This document shows positions 18,571-28,035 of a stretch of 64,000 nt of DNA, piece by piece. How positions within the stretch are numbered: the stretch's first letter is position 1; every line of letters starts with the position of its first letter. Where the stretch lies: assembly GCA_050304175.1 (NCBI GenBank), contig JBNLDE010000219.1, positions 11,545-75,544 on the forward strand, written 5' to 3'. A program made the position numbers and the translations under genes. The notes beneath the pieces are model-generated. The model saw only the letters and a program-made list of their open reading frames with translations. It was not told the origin of the DNA and did no database searches. This DNA comes from Zhengella sp. GTDB taxonomy: Bacteria > Pseudomonadota > Alphaproteobacteria > Rhizobiales > Rhizobiaceae.

Positions 18571-18596
18571 ACCCGGCTTCGGCCGGGTTCTTTTTT
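18571..18596 (+). terminator. Rho-independent terminator after amtB
   Basis: Stem ACCCGGC/GCCGGGT with loop TTCG, followed by TCTTTTTT. Confidence 0.8.
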
Positions 18597-18704
18597 GCCC
18601 TGAAATTATGCAGTAGCAGTCATTTCGAACAGTATTTGCCCAAATAATATGCATTCCGGAAAAACTGTCGGGCCCGCAAGCCTTAGACTGCGGCGTTTGC
18701 ATGT

Positions 18705-18722
18705 TTGGCATGCGAATTGAAT
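18705..18722 (+). promoter_or_regulatory. Second sigma54-like promoter, upstream of the second amt gene
   Basis: TTGGCATGCGAATTGAAT has the same spacing and the same TTGAAT -12 element as the glnK site. It lies about 52 nt before the ATG at 18774. TGC-N11-GCA (18637-18653) upstream is a possible NtrC half-consensus. Confidence 0.4.
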
Positions 18723-18773
18723 TCAAAACCGTCACAGAACCGCGAAAAGCGGTCAAATCACTACGACGGGACA

Positions 18774-20009
18774 ATGCACATGCAAGAGAATCCTATTGGA
18801 GGGGACGTCTTTTTCGTCCTTCTCGGCGCCATCCTCGTATTCGCGATGCATGGCGGTTTTGCCTTTCTCGAAGTCGGGACCGTTCGCCACAAGAACCAGG
18901 TCAATGCGCTGGTCAAGATCCTGGTGGATTTCGCCATCTCGACGATTGCCTATTTCTTCGTCGGTTTCGCGGTTGCCTATGGCGTCACCTTTTTTGCCAA
19001 TGCGTCGGTGCTGTCCGGCTTGGAAGGCGGCGAAGTGTTCCTTCCGCAGGGCTTCACGCTGGTGAAATTCTTCTTCCTGACGACATTCGCCGCCGCGGTT
19101 CCGGCGATCATTTCGGGCGGCATTGCCGAACGCATGCGGTTTGCACCGCAATGCTTTGCCACAGCGGCACTGGTCGCCCTGGTCTATCCCCTGTTCGAGG
19201 GGGTCGTGTGGAACGGTAATTTCGGCATCCAGGCGCTGGTCAAATCGACTTTTGGCGCTCCGTTCCATGATTTCGCAGGGTCGGTAGTCGTTCACGCGGT
19301 CGGCGGCTGGATCGCGCTCTCCGCCGTGCTGCTGCTGGGCGCGCGTCTTGGCCGGTACACCGCTTCGGGCAAGTCGAACGGCATTCCGCCGTCTTCGTTG
19401 CCGTGGCTGGCACTCGGCTCATGGCTGTTGTGCACCGGTTGGTTCGGCTTCAACGTGATGAGCGCGCAATCGATCGGCGGACTGTCGGGGCTGGTGGCGC
19501 TCAATTCGCTGATGGCGATGGTCGGCGGCATCGTCGCGGCGCTGATCGCTGGACGCAATGACCCGGGTTTCGTGCACAACGGAGCGCTGGCGGGTCTTGT
19601 CGCAGTTTGCGCGGGATCGGACATCTTTCATCCAGCGGGCGCGCTGATCGTAGGCGGCGTTGCGGGTTTCGTGTTCGTCAAGGGCTTCACCTGGTGCCAG
19701 GAAAAGCTCCATATCGACGACGTGCTCGGCGTCTGGCCGCTGCACGGGCTGTGCGGGCTGTGGGGCGGAATCGCCGCCGGCATCTTCGGTCAGCAGGCGC
19801 TTGGCGGTTTGGGCGGCGTGACCTTCCTGGGCCAGTTGTTCGGCAGTCTTGCCGGCGCGGCCTACGCGGCGGCGGCCGGCTTCATTGTCTACGGTCTTCT
19901 CAAATCGGGAATGGGCTTACGCCTGACCGAGGAAGAAGAGATGCGCGGCGCCGATCTCTCGATCCACAAGATCGGCGCAAATCCTGAGGCCGAGATCAGG
20001 CGCGCCTGA
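18774..20009 (+). CDS. Second Amt-family ammonium transporter, with no signal peptide
   Basis: MHMQENPIGGDVFFVLLGAILVFAMHGGFAFLEVG..., DFAGSVVVHAVGGW and GVWPLHGLCGLWGG motifs. Start chosen at the ATG at 18774. Alternatives are 18705 and 18780. Confidence 0.9.
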   Translation: MHMQENPIGGDVFFVLLGAILVFAMHGGFAFLEVGTVRHKNQVNALVKILVDFAISTIAYFFVGFAVAYGVTFFANASVLSGLEGGEVFLPQGFTLVKFFFLTTFAAAVPAIISGGIAERMRFAPQCFATAALVALVYPLFEGVVWNGNFGIQALVKSTFGAPFHDFAGSVVVHAVGGWIALSAVLLLGARLGRYTASGKSNGIPPSSLPWLALGSWLLCTGWFGFNVMSAQSIGGLSGLVALNSLMAMVGGIVAALIAGRNDPGFVHNGALAGLVAVCAGSDIFHPAGALIVGGVAGFVFVKGFTWCQEKLHIDDVLGVWPLHGLCGLWGGIAAGIFGQQALGGLGGVTFLGQLFGSLAGAAYAAAAGFIVYGLLKSGMGLRLTEEEEMRGADLSIHKIGANPEAEIRRA

Positions 20010-20084
20010 CGCAAAACGAGAGTGTTTGAGCGGGCCCTGGACGCGAGTTGCCCGGGCCCGTTCTTTGTCCGTCCGGCCCCATGG

Positions 20085-20100
20085 TTAATGGGGCCTTAAC
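20085..20100. promoter_or_regulatory. Perfect CtrA-box-like motif TTAA-N7-TTAAC upstream of ftsK
   Basis: TTAAtggggccTTAAC lies about 120-135 nt before the ftsK start. It is embedded in overlapping hairpins (GGCCCCA/TGGGGCC and GGTTAA/TTAACC). Confidence 0.45.
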
Positions 20101-20216
20101 CTTCCCGGATTTAGGGTTGCGTCCAGGATCATGTCGGCGTCGCGTGCGGCGCTGGTCGTCGGATGCCTTGCGACCTGTCGGGACAGGACACCGAAGGCGC
20201 CGACTAAGAACCGGGA

Positions 20217-22775
20217 TTGAAGATGCGCTCAGCCTATTCCGAACCCGTCGGCTTTGGTGAAACGCGGCACGGACTGCCGGGATTTCTCCGACGGCAGGCA
20301 CTCAGGCTTGCAGGCCTCGGCCTGTTTGGCGCTGTGGTCTTCGCGATCGCCAGTGTCGCAACCTGGAACGTGGCGGATCCGAGCCTCAGCCACGCGACCG
20401 ACAACCTTGTCACCAATGCAGGTGGATATCCCGGTGCGGTCGTTGCCGATCTGTTGATGCAGTTTTTCGGACTAGCGGTTGTCGCGCTGGTCGTCCCTGT
20501 CATCGTCTGGGCCTGGCTGCTTGCTGCCGGCCGGCCGCCCGCCCGCGCCTGGCGCAGGGTCGCGGCGTGGCTTGGCTATGCACTGGTTGCCGCCGGCGTC
20601 TTTTCCTGTATTTCGCCGCCCGCAACCTGGCCGCTGCCGACCGGGCTCGGCGGTGTTTTCGGGGACATGGTGCTGAAACTGCCGGGGCTTGTATCCGGCG
20701 GATATCCGACAGGTTTTTTTGCGGTCCTGGTGGCGCTGGCGCTGCTGGCGCCGACCGGCTGGCTGTTTTGGCAGGCCTGCGGATTGTCAGCGCTTCCAGC
20801 GTCGCAGGCGGGAACATCCGTCGGCAAGGGGTCGCCGGCCCGCGAAGGTGATATCGACGATGAAGACGACGATTACGGATTCCAGGCGCTTGGGCAATTG
20901 ACCCACTGGTGGCTTTCGGCCCGCGGTTTCGTTCGCCGCATGACCGGGCTCGGCGCGCGCACGCGCCAAAGCGCCGCCCGGTATCGTGACAACGAAGACG
21001 ACGATTACCTCGCGGCGCTCGTTCCCGGCGATGAAGGCCGAGTCGAACCGGAATTCGCCGGCGAGATGCCCGGGATCGGGGCAGCAATGCACCGCGTCGA
21101 TTCCATAGTCGACGACGATGACGACGCGCCGCTGCGGACGGAGCCGCGGAACGTGGAACAAACGAGTCTGCGGGTCGATACGCCGGCCTCGGCGCCGAGG
21201 CCGGGTACGCGCATCCGGCGCGAAGCACAGGCAACCCTGATTCCGTCGAGCGAGTTCGAACTGCCGTCCCTGCATTTCCTCTCGGAAGCCAAGAGCGTCT
21301 CGCGCATTCCGGAGCATTCGAAGGATGCGCTGGAGCAAAATGCCAGGCTGCTGGAAGGCGTGCTGGAGGATTTCGGCGTGAAAGGCGAGATCATCCATGT
21401 CCGGCCGGGCCCGGTTGTGACGCTTTACGAGCTTGAACCGGCGCCGGGTGTCAAGTCTTCGCGCGTGATCGGGTTGGCGGACGATATCGCGCGGTCCATG
21501 AGCGCGATCGCAGCGCGTGTGGCGGTGGTGCCGGGGCGCAACGCCATTGGCATCGAGTTACCGAACTCGAAGCGCGAAACCGTTTATCTGCGCGAACTGC
21601 TGGCAAGCCGCGATTTCGAGGATACAAAGGCGAAACTGGCCCTGACGCTGGGCAAGACGATCAACGGCGAGGCGGTGATCGCCGATCTCGCCAAGATGCC
21701 ACACCTGCTGGTGGCGGGCACCACGGGCTCCGGCAAGTCGGTAGCGATCAACACCATGATCCTTTCGCTGCTCTACCGGATGACGCCCGAGCAGTGCCGG
21801 TTGATCATGATCGATCCCAAAATGCTTGAGTTGTCGGTCTATGACGGCGTGCCGCATCTTCTGACGCCCGTGGTGACCGACCCGAAAAAAGCGGTGGTCG
21901 CGCTGAAATGGACGGTCCGCGAAATGGAGGACCGCTACCGCAAGATGTCGAAGGTCGGTGTGCGCAACATCGACGGTTTCAACCAGCGTGTCGCCCAGGC
22001 GGAAAAGAAGGGCGAAAAAATCAGCCGCACTGTGCAGACCGGCTTCGACCGCGAAACCGGCGAGGCGATCTACGAGACCGAGCAGCTCGATCTCGCGCCG
22101 ATGCCGTTCATCGTAGTCATCATCGACGAGATGGCCGATCTGATGATGGTCGCGGGGAAGGACATCGAGGGCGCGGTTCAGCGGCTTGCGCAGATGGCGC
22201 GCGCGGCCGGCATCCATGTCATCATGGCAACGCAACGCCCATCTGTGGATGTCATCACCGGTACGATCAAGGCAAATTTCCCGACCCGTATCTCGTTCCA
22301 GGTGACCTCCAAAATCGACAGCCGCACGATCCTCGGCGAGCAAGGCGCGGAGCAGCTTCTCGGCATGGGCGACATGCTCTACATGGCAGGCGGCGGACGA
22401 ATCCAGCGCGTCCATGGGCCGTTCGTGTCCGACGAGGAGGTCGAAAAGGTCGTACAACACCTGAAGATGCAGGGTGTGCCGGAATATCTCGACTCGATCA
22501 CCGAGGAAGACGAAGACGAGGACGACTCGGGCAGTACCGGCGGCGGCAGCTCGGGGAATCTAGGCGATTCGGACGATCCCTACGATCAGGCGGTCGCGGT
22601 CGTGTTGCGGGACGGCAAGGCCTCGACCAGCTATATCCAGCGGCGCCTCGGTATCGGCTACAACCGGGCCGCATCGATCATCGAGCGAATGGAAGAAGAG
22701 GGAGTTGTGGGGCCAGCCAATCATGCCGGAAAGCGCGAGATTCTAGTCCCGCAGCAGGATGAGGATCCATTCTAA
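20217..22775 (+). CDS. ftsK: DNA translocase FtsK
   Basis: N-terminal TM helices, an acidic low-complexity linker, and a motor domain ([13 protein letters not shown] Walker [13 protein letters not shown], the [12 protein letters not shown] region). The C-terminal gamma domain has [18 protein letters not shown]. The track start at 20217 is a TTG, and an ATG lies two codons later at 20223. Confidence 0.95.
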   Translation: MKMRSAYSEPVGFGETRHGLPGFLRRQALRLAGLGLFGAVVFAIASVATWNVADPSLSHATDNLVTNAGGYPGAVVADLLMQFFGLAVVALVVPVIVWAWLLAAGRPPARAWRRVAAWLGYALVAAGVFSCISPPATWPLPTGLGGVFGDMVLKLPGLVSGGYPTGFFAVLVALALLAPTGWLFWQACGLSALPASQAGTSVGKGSPAREGDIDDEDDDYGFQALGQLTHWWLSARGFVRRMTGLGARTRQSAARYRDNEDDDYLAALVPGDEGRVEPEFAGEMPGIGAAMHRVDSIVDDDDDAPLRTEPRNVEQTSLRVDTPASAPRPGTRIRREAQATLIPSSEFELPSLHFLSEAKSVSRIPEHSKDALEQNARLLEGVLEDFGVKGEIIHVRPGPVVTLYELEPAPGVKSSRVIGLADDIARSMSAIAARVAVVPGRNAIGIELPNSKRETVYLRELLASRDFEDTKAKLALTLGKTINGEAVIADLAKMPHLLVAGTTGSGKSVAINTMILSLLYRMTPEQCRLIMIDPKMLELSVYDGVPHLLTPVVTDPKKAVVALKWTVREMEDRYRKMSKVGVRNIDGFNQRVAQAEKKGEKISRTVQTGFDRETGEAIYETEQLDLAPMPFIVVIIDEMADLMMVAGKDIEGAVQRLAQMARAAGIHVIMATQRPSVDVITGTIKANFPTRISFQVTSKIDSRTILGEQGAEQLLGMGDMLYMAGGGRIQRVHGPFVSDEEVEKVVQHLKMQGVPEYLDSITEEDEDEDDSGSTGGGSSGNLGDSDDPYDQAVAVVLRDGKASTSYIQRRLGIGYNRAASIIERMEEEGVVGPANHAGKREILVPQQDEDPF

Positions 22776-22878
22776 GCATTGCCGGCGATGGATCGCCGAA
22801 CGGTCAAAGTTCGGCCCCTTTCGACCGGTAGGCGAAGTCACAACCAGCGATGATACGTTCCAATCGAGGTGCTTCAAC

Positions 22879-23538
22879 ATGACATCAGCCACAAGCGGCT
22901 CACGATTTCGCCGGCATCTGTACGCTGCAGCGGTCGCGGGGCTCGCGGCCTTGGCCACGACGGCCGGCAACGCCGCCGCGCAGGTCAATTCCTCGGCACA
23001 GAAGATCGCGGACCATTTTTCCGCGGTTAAAACCATGTCGGGCGAATTCGTTCAGTTCGGTCCGCGCGGCGAGCAGACCGCCGGAACATTCACGATCGAG
23101 CGCCCCGGCAAGATCCGGTTCGACTACGAGGCGCCGGCCGCGTTCAAGGTTGTTTCCGATGGTCGCCACGTGCTGCTCAACAACAAGAAGCTCAAGACCT
23201 ACGACACCTACCCGCTATCGAAAACGCCGCTGAAGATGCTGCTCGACGAGCATATCGACCTATCGAATGGCAATGTGGAATCGGTGCGCGAGGAGGAGGA
23301 TCTGACAACCATCGTGCTATCTGACAAATCGGTATTCGGAAATTCGAAGCTGACGATGATGTTCGATCCGAAGTCATTCGAACTGCGTCAGTGGACGATT
23401 ACCGACGCCCAGGGCAAGGACACGACCGTGATGATCTTCAACGTGAAGGACGGCGTGGCGGTCGATCCGGGACTGTTCAAGATCGACTATCGCAAGGCCG
23501 CCGATTCGGCGGCCAGAGGCCTCGGCAACGGACGCTGA
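22879..23538 (+). CDS. lolA: LolA-family outer-membrane lipoprotein carrier protein
   Basis: Signal peptide ending AGNAAAQ. FSAVKTMSGEFVQ...ERPGKIRFDY..P is typical of LolA. ftsK-lolA synteny supports it. The ATG at 22879 was chosen over the long upstream extension. Confidence 0.8.
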   Translation: MTSATSGSRFRRHLYAAAVAGLAALATTAGNAAAQVNSSAQKIADHFSAVKTMSGEFVQFGPRGEQTAGTFTIERPGKIRFDYEAPAAFKVVSDGRHVLLNNKKLKTYDTYPLSKTPLKMLLDEHIDLSNGNVESVREEEDLTTIVLSDKSVFGNSKLTMMFDPKSFELRQWTITDAQGKDTTVMIFNVKDGVAVDPGLFKIDYRKAADSAARGLGNGR

Positions 23539-23565
23539 GTTGGTTTGAAATCTGTGGAACACCGA

Positions 23566-23596
23566 CGGGTCCGCTGCCACGCGGGCCCGTTTGCTT
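23566..23596 (+). terminator. Rho-independent terminator after lolA
   Basis: 9-bp stem CGGGTCCGC/GCGGGCCCG (one G-U pair) with a 6-nt loop, followed by TTTGCTT. Confidence 0.6.
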
Positions 23597-23658
23597 GAAC
23601 GGCATCTTTAATCCTGCCAGATTGCAGCCTCGCCGCCTCTTTCCCGGACATTGCTGAC

Positions 23659-24465
23659 ATGCCGTTTTCGATCGCAACCTGGAACATCAACTCGGTTCGG
23701 CTGCGCCTGCCGCTGGTGGTAAAATTCTTGACCGAGCGTCAGCCGGATGTGTTGTGCCTGCAGGAAACCAAGTGTCCGAACGACCAGTTTCCGGCCAAGG
23801 CGTTCCGGGCGATTGGCTACGAGCATATCGAGATCAACGGCCAGAAGGGCTATCACGGCGTTGCCACGATCGCGCGGCGGCCGATCGCCCTGGCCGAAAA
23901 ACGCGAATATTGCGCCATGGGCGACACGCGCCACTTGTCGGTTACGGTCCGAGCCGGCGACAAGGACGTGCTGATCCACAATTTCTACGTTCCCGCCGGC
24001 GGCGACGAACCGGACCCCGAGATCAATCCGAAATTTCGCCACAAGCTCGACTTCCTTGATGAAATGCGTGCCGTGCGGGCGGATCAAACGGCCGGTTCGG
24101 CTAGCGTCCTGGTTGGCGATCTCAACATCGCGCCACTGGAAACCGACGTCTGGTCCCATAAGCAGTTGCTCAAGGTCGTCAGCCACACCCCGGTCGAGAC
24201 CGAAACGCTCGAGGACCTGAGACAGAAAGGCGGTTGGGTGGATCTGATGCGCCGGCATATTCCGCCGGAGGAGCGGATCTTCACGTGGTGGAGTTACCGA
24301 GCGCGCGATTGGGACATATCGGATCGCGGGCGTCGGCTTGACCATATCTGGTCGTCGGAGAACCTTGCTCCAGACCTAGCCGTAGTCGAAGTTCTGCGTG
24401 AGGCGCGTGGCTGGGAACGGCCATCGGACCATGTTCCCGTCATTGCCCGGTTCGACCTGAATTAG
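23659..24465 (+). CDS. xthA: Exodeoxyribonuclease III
   Basis: IATWNINSVRLR...DVLCLQETK...YHGVA...GDLNIAP...YWSYR....DRGRRLDHIW...PSDHVPV are EEP/ExoIII motifs. Confidence 0.93.
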   Translation: MPFSIATWNINSVRLRLPLVVKFLTERQPDVLCLQETKCPNDQFPAKAFRAIGYEHIEINGQKGYHGVATIARRPIALAEKREYCAMGDTRHLSVTVRAGDKDVLIHNFYVPAGGDEPDPEINPKFRHKLDFLDEMRAVRADQTAGSASVLVGDLNIAPLETDVWSHKQLLKVVSHTPVETETLEDLRQKGGWVDLMRRHIPPEERIFTWWSYRARDWDISDRGRRLDHIWSSENLAPDLAVVEVLREARGWERPSDHVPVIARFDLN

Positions 24466-24495
24466 GGCACCACGCAATTCGCCAGGGTGACCGAA

Positions 24496-24951
24496 TCAGT
24501 CGTCAAAGCGGTGCTTGAGATGAGCAACCTGCTCGGTGAGCGATCTGAGTTCCGCTGCCATTCGCGCATGGAGCTTCTGCGCCAGCACAGGGTATTCTTC
24601 CAGCACGCGGCGAAACTGGGGCCGGTTCAGGCGGATAAGTTCGGCATCGGATCGGATCACAGCTGTGGTCCGCCGCTTGACCGGTGCGATCAGCGCAAAC
24701 TCACCCAGGATGGCGCCGGGACCGACCGTCCTGACAAGCTGCTTCTTGCCGTCACGCGTTTCGACGATATCGACTTCGCCAGAAGTCACGATGAAGGCGC
24801 AATCGGCGAGCGCGCCTTCACGGTAGAGCTCGCGACCAGCGCCCAAGCGCATGTTCTCGGCGCCAAAAGCAAGCAGGCGCAGCTGCTCATGCGACAAATC
24901 CTGGAGCAATGCGACAGCGGAAAGGACGCGGATATCGTCGTCGAGCGCCAT
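24496..24951 (-). CDS. Stand-alone cyclic-nucleotide-binding domain protein
   Basis: 151 aa with a cNMP-binding beta-barrel pattern (LYREG...FIVTSGEVDIV...VGPGAILGEFALI....RTTAVIR). Confidence 0.8.
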   Translation of the reverse strand: MALDDDIRVLSAVALLQDLSHEQLRLLAFGAENMRLGAGRELYREGALADCAFIVTSGEVDIVETRDGKKQLVRTVGPGAILGEFALIAPVKRRTTAVIRSDAELIRLNRPQFRRVLEEYPVLAQKLHARMAAELRSLTEQVAHLKHRFDD

Positions 24952-25008
24952 TTTTCCACTGTCTCCCGCCGGATTCTACAAAGAAATTGGCTGGCGGGCG
25001 CGGCGCCG

Positions 25009-25692
25009 TCAAGGAACCAGCTTGTATCCCCCGCTTTCTGTCACAAGTATTTCGGCATTGGAAGGATCACGTTCGATCTTCTGACGTAGCCGGTAAACGT
25101 GGGTTTCGAGCGTATGGGTGGTGACACCGGAGTTGTAACCCCAGACCTCCTCAAGGAGCACATCGCGGGTGATGACCTTCTGGTCGGCCCGGTAGAGATA
25201 CTTGATTATCGCCGATTCCTTTTCCGTCAGCCTCGTCTTGCCGCCGCGCTGGTCGATCAACAGCTTCTGGCTCGGCTTGAAGGTGTAAGGTCCGACGACG
25301 AAGGTGGCATCCTCGCTCTGCTCGTGCTGGCGCAGTTGGGCGCGAATGCGCGCCAGCAGGACCGCAAAACGGAAAGGCTTGGTCACGTAATCGTTGGCGC
25401 CGGCTTCGAGCCCCAGAATGGTATCGGAATCGGTGTCCTGGCCCGTCAACATGATAATGGGCGCCTTGAAGCCGCCCTTGCGCAGCAGCTTCACGGCCTC
25501 GCGTCCGTCCATGTCCGGCAGGTTCACATCCATGATGAGGATGTCGATTATGGCGTTGCGTGCGGTGTGCACGCCCTTGGTCGCCGTGGCCTCCTGAAGG
25601 ACCTGGAATTCTTCGTATAATGAAAGCTGTTCGACCAGCGTCGAACGCAGGTCGTCATCGTCATCGACAATCAGAATTGTCCGTGCTGTCAT
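25009..25692 (-). CDS. OmpR-family response regulator, possibly CenR-like, with no adjacent kinase
   Basis: REC domain (ILIVDDDDD..., IDILIMDVNLPDMDG, ANDYVTKPF) plus a winged helix (LTEKESAIIKYL...VWGY......THTLETHVYRLRQKIE). The CenR assignment comes from recalled family resemblance only. Confidence 0.9.
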   Translation of the reverse strand: MTARTILIVDDDDDLRSTLVEQLSLYEEFQVLQEATATKGVHTARNAIIDILIMDVNLPDMDGREAVKLLRKGGFKAPIIMLTGQDTDSDTILGLEAGANDYVTKPFRFAVLLARIRAQLRQHEQSEDATFVVGPYTFKPSQKLLIDQRGGKTRLTEKESAIIKYLYRADQKVITRDVLLEEVWGYNSGVTTHTLETHVYRLRQKIERDPSNAEILVTESGGYKLVP

Positions 25693-25811
25693 ATCTTGTT
25701 CCGTTTCCTGTCGAACCGGTTGATCCGCGTTATCTAACTCGTACCGGGCTCACTTGAAACCTGATCACCATGATTTGTAACACTTCACAGTTTTACTCCA
25801 AAAAAGGTGAA

Positions 25812-26363
25812 ATGAAGATCAACGACCGGAAGACGAGTATGGGCTTGGCAGTCTTGACGGTTCGCGTGGCGCCAAGGGATCGCAGAAAAGGCCTGATCAA
25901 TGTGGCCGGAACGGTCTTTCCATGCGCCCTCGGACGATCGGGCGTGACCGCGCGCAAGCGCGAGGGCGATGGCGCGACGCCGTTGGCGCGGATGGCTGTC
26001 CTGCACGGTTATGTGCGCGGCGACCGTGAAAAGCGGAAGACGGGTGGGCTGGCAGTGCGAATCACGCGTCTTGACGATGGCTGGTGCGATGCGCCGCGCG
26101 ACGCGAATTACAACCGCCCGGTGGGCCTGCCATACCCGGCGAGTTCGGAACGGATGATGCGAGACGACCGCCTATACGATATCTGCGTCGTCCTCGACTG
26201 GAACGTAAGCTCGCGGCGGCGCAACCGGGGCAGCGCGATCTTCTTTCATCTGGCCAGGCCGGATTTCTCGCCAACCGAAGGCTGTATCGCCGTCCAACCG
26301 GCGGTAATGCGCCGGCTGCTGCCGCTCCTGAGGCGAGGAACGACCGTCAGGGTGCTGGGTTGA
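25812..26363 (+). CDS. L,D-transpeptidase (YkuD) catalytic-domain protein
   Basis: GSAIFFHLARPDFSPTEGCIAV matches the H...(S/T)xGC active-site signature. The start is uncertain among 25770, 25812 and 25836. Confidence 0.8.
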   Translation: MKINDRKTSMGLAVLTVRVAPRDRRKGLINVAGTVFPCALGRSGVTARKREGDGATPLARMAVLHGYVRGDREKRKTGGLAVRITRLDDGWCDAPRDANYNRPVGLPYPASSERMMRDDRLYDICVVLDWNVSSRRRNRGSAIFFHLARPDFSPTEGCIAVQPAVMRRLLPLLRRGTTVRVLG

Positions 26364-26395
26364 AGGCGATCAGTGGTCGCGGACGGTCCAATTCG

Positions 26396-26794
26396 CTAGC
26401 CCCACCAGCCAATGATTGCGCCCATGATCAGCGCGACTCCGAGCCAGTGACCGCTGTCGATCAGCGTCAGATCCCAGCCAAACGACTGGTAGCGCTGATT
26501 GACTGTCAGCGTTGTGGCGATAAAACCCAGCCAGACGAGCGCGCCGGAGATCATCCCACCGGTCAGGCTCATCCCGCCCGCATGCATCATCACGCCGGCA
26601 AGAACCCAAGCCATCACGAGTTCGCAGACGATGGACGTGATGAACAGAACCGGAGACATCTGGGCATCTTCGGGCTTGAGGCGCGCTGCCTTCATCCAGG
26701 GCTTGCCAAGGGAGCCGTAATAGATGGCGCCGAAAGCAAAGGCGGCGACGGCGGCGACGACAATAGCAATATAATTCGGGCTGGCGACTTCCAT
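26396..26794 (-). CDS. DUF1761-family small membrane protein
   Basis: 132 aa, 4 TM segments. The N-terminus NYIAIVVAAVAAFAFGAIYYG.LGKPWMKA is typical of DUF1761. Confidence 0.75.
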   Translation of the reverse strand: MEVASPNYIAIVVAAVAAFAFGAIYYGSLGKPWMKAARLKPEDAQMSPVLFITSIVCELVMAWVLAGVMMHAGGMSLTGGMISGALVWLGFIATTLTVNQRYQSFGWDLTLIDSGHWLGVALIMGAIIGWWG

Positions 26795-26939
26795 GGTGCA
26801 CCCCTCCTCCTGGTTCGGGTCGACCGATGGGTGCCAACGATACCAATACCGGCGCGGTTGGCAATCGGGAGTTGCACACGGTTAGAAAATCCCGTGGACT
26901 TGGTCCTGAGCAACCTGCCCGTTTCGGGTAGCACGCCGG

Positions 26940-27326
26940 CTAAGGCGTCTTCGGCCTACGGATGAAGATCGCGAATGTGCCGTTGGCGTGCGCCATCAGG
27001 CTCTCGCCGACAAAAATATCCGCGTCGATGTTCGCAGTGGTGCGACCGCGATTGACGATTTTCGCGCGGCATACGATCTCACCGGGGGCGTGCACAGCCT
27101 TGAAGTAGTTGATCTTGATTTCAAGCGTCGCACAGGATTGCTCCGCATCAAGCGTTGAATAAACCGCAGCACCCATCGCCGTGTCAGCGAGGGCGTAGAG
27201 AACGGCGCCGTGGACGACCCCGGCGGAATTGAGATGATCGGAATCGATGACCAGGTGGCTTTCGGCGCTGCCTGTTTCGCCGCGCTTCAGCTTCAATCCG
27301 ATCAGTGTTGCGAACGGCATGGGCAT
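26940..27326 (-). CDS. PaaI-family hot-dog thioesterase
   Basis: GLKL....G.AESHLVID..HLNSAGVVHGAVLYALADTAMGAA is the PaaI/4HBT signature. It starts 4 nt after the stop of the upstream methyltransferase. Confidence 0.85.
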   Translation of the reverse strand: MPMPFATLIGLKLKRGETGSAESHLVIDSDHLNSAGVVHGAVLYALADTAMGAAVYSTLDAEQSCATLEIKINYFKAVHAPGEIVCRAKIVNRGRTTANIDADIFVGESLMAHANGTFAIFIRRPKTP

Positions 27327-27329
27327 TGA

Positions 27330-28025
27330 TCAATCTCCGGAATGCGACTGGCTGCTTGAAAATCGCCAGACCGTGGTGCGTTTGACCTCAGCGTCCTCGA
27401 GTTCCCGGGTCACGGGAACTTCGTAGACCGCAAGCTCCACAACGGCGTTACGGGGAAGATAGGCGCGCCCGGGATCGCCGATGATGACGGTGGCGCCGCG
27501 GCCGGCAAGTTTCCCGAACCAGGGCTGTAACCGGTCGGCGAGAAGTCGGTCGTAGAACACGTCGCCGGCAAGTATGATGTCCCACCCCTCGTCCTGGCCG
27601 ATCAGGTCGGCGTGCACAGTGCGAATTTCGACGCCGTTGGTGGCGGCGTTGAGCGCGTTCGCCTCGGCACAGAAAGGGTCTATGTCGGCGGCGACCACGC
27701 TCGCGGCGCCGGCCTTCGCCGCGGCGATGGCGACGAGGCCGGAGCCCGATGCGAAATCCAGCACCGACTTGCCGCAAACGAGATGCGGATGATCGAGGAC
27801 ATGGCGGGCGAGGCCCTGGCCACCGGCCCATGCAAAAGCCCAGAATGGCGGTGGCAGACCGATTTCGGCCAGTTCCTGCTCGGTCTGTTTCCACAGATCG
27901 AATGCCTCGTCGGCCAGATGCAGATGGATCTCGGGAACATGCGGCGGGGCGATCACTGCCGTGTTGGCGAGGATGAACGCCCGTGCGTTGTCCGGCCCGA
28001 GCGGGCGGTTGCGGACCCGTGTCAC
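27330..28025 (-). CDS. METTL20/ETF-beta lysine methyltransferase-like class I SAM methyltransferase
   Basis: PPFWAFAWAGGQGLARHVLDHP.LVCGKSVLDFASGSGLVAIAAAKAGA..VVAADIDP, GDVFYDRLLAD, IGDPGR and TTVWRF. As far as I recall the human sequence, these parallel the human METTL20 motif order. A GTG start at 28025 avoids overlap with the EVE gene. The track ORF extends to an ATG at 28091. Confidence 0.8.
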   Translation of the reverse strand: MTRVRNRPLGPDNARAFILANTAVIAPPHVPEIHLHLADEAFDLWKQTEQELAEIGLPPPFWAFAWAGGQGLARHVLDHPHLVCGKSVLDFASGSGLVAIAAAKAGAASVVAADIDPFCAEANALNAATNGVEIRTVHADLIGQDEGWDIILAGDVFYDRLLADRLQPWFGKLAGRGATVIIGDPGRAYLPRNAVVELAVYEVPVTRELEDAEVKRTTVWRFSSSQSHSGD

Positions 28026-28035
28026 GCGGTTACCG

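Noticed and set aside
20028-20062. Terminator after the second amt gene
   Set aside because: The 7-bp stem CGGGCCC/GGGCCCG has a 15-nt loop and only a weak TTCTTTG tail. It is not convincing enough to list as a feature.
21558-22762. 300-aa minus-strand and 284-aa plus-strand alternative-frame ORFs
   Set aside because: They lie inside the ftsK motor domain. They are out of frame or antisense and have Arg/Gly-rich composition.
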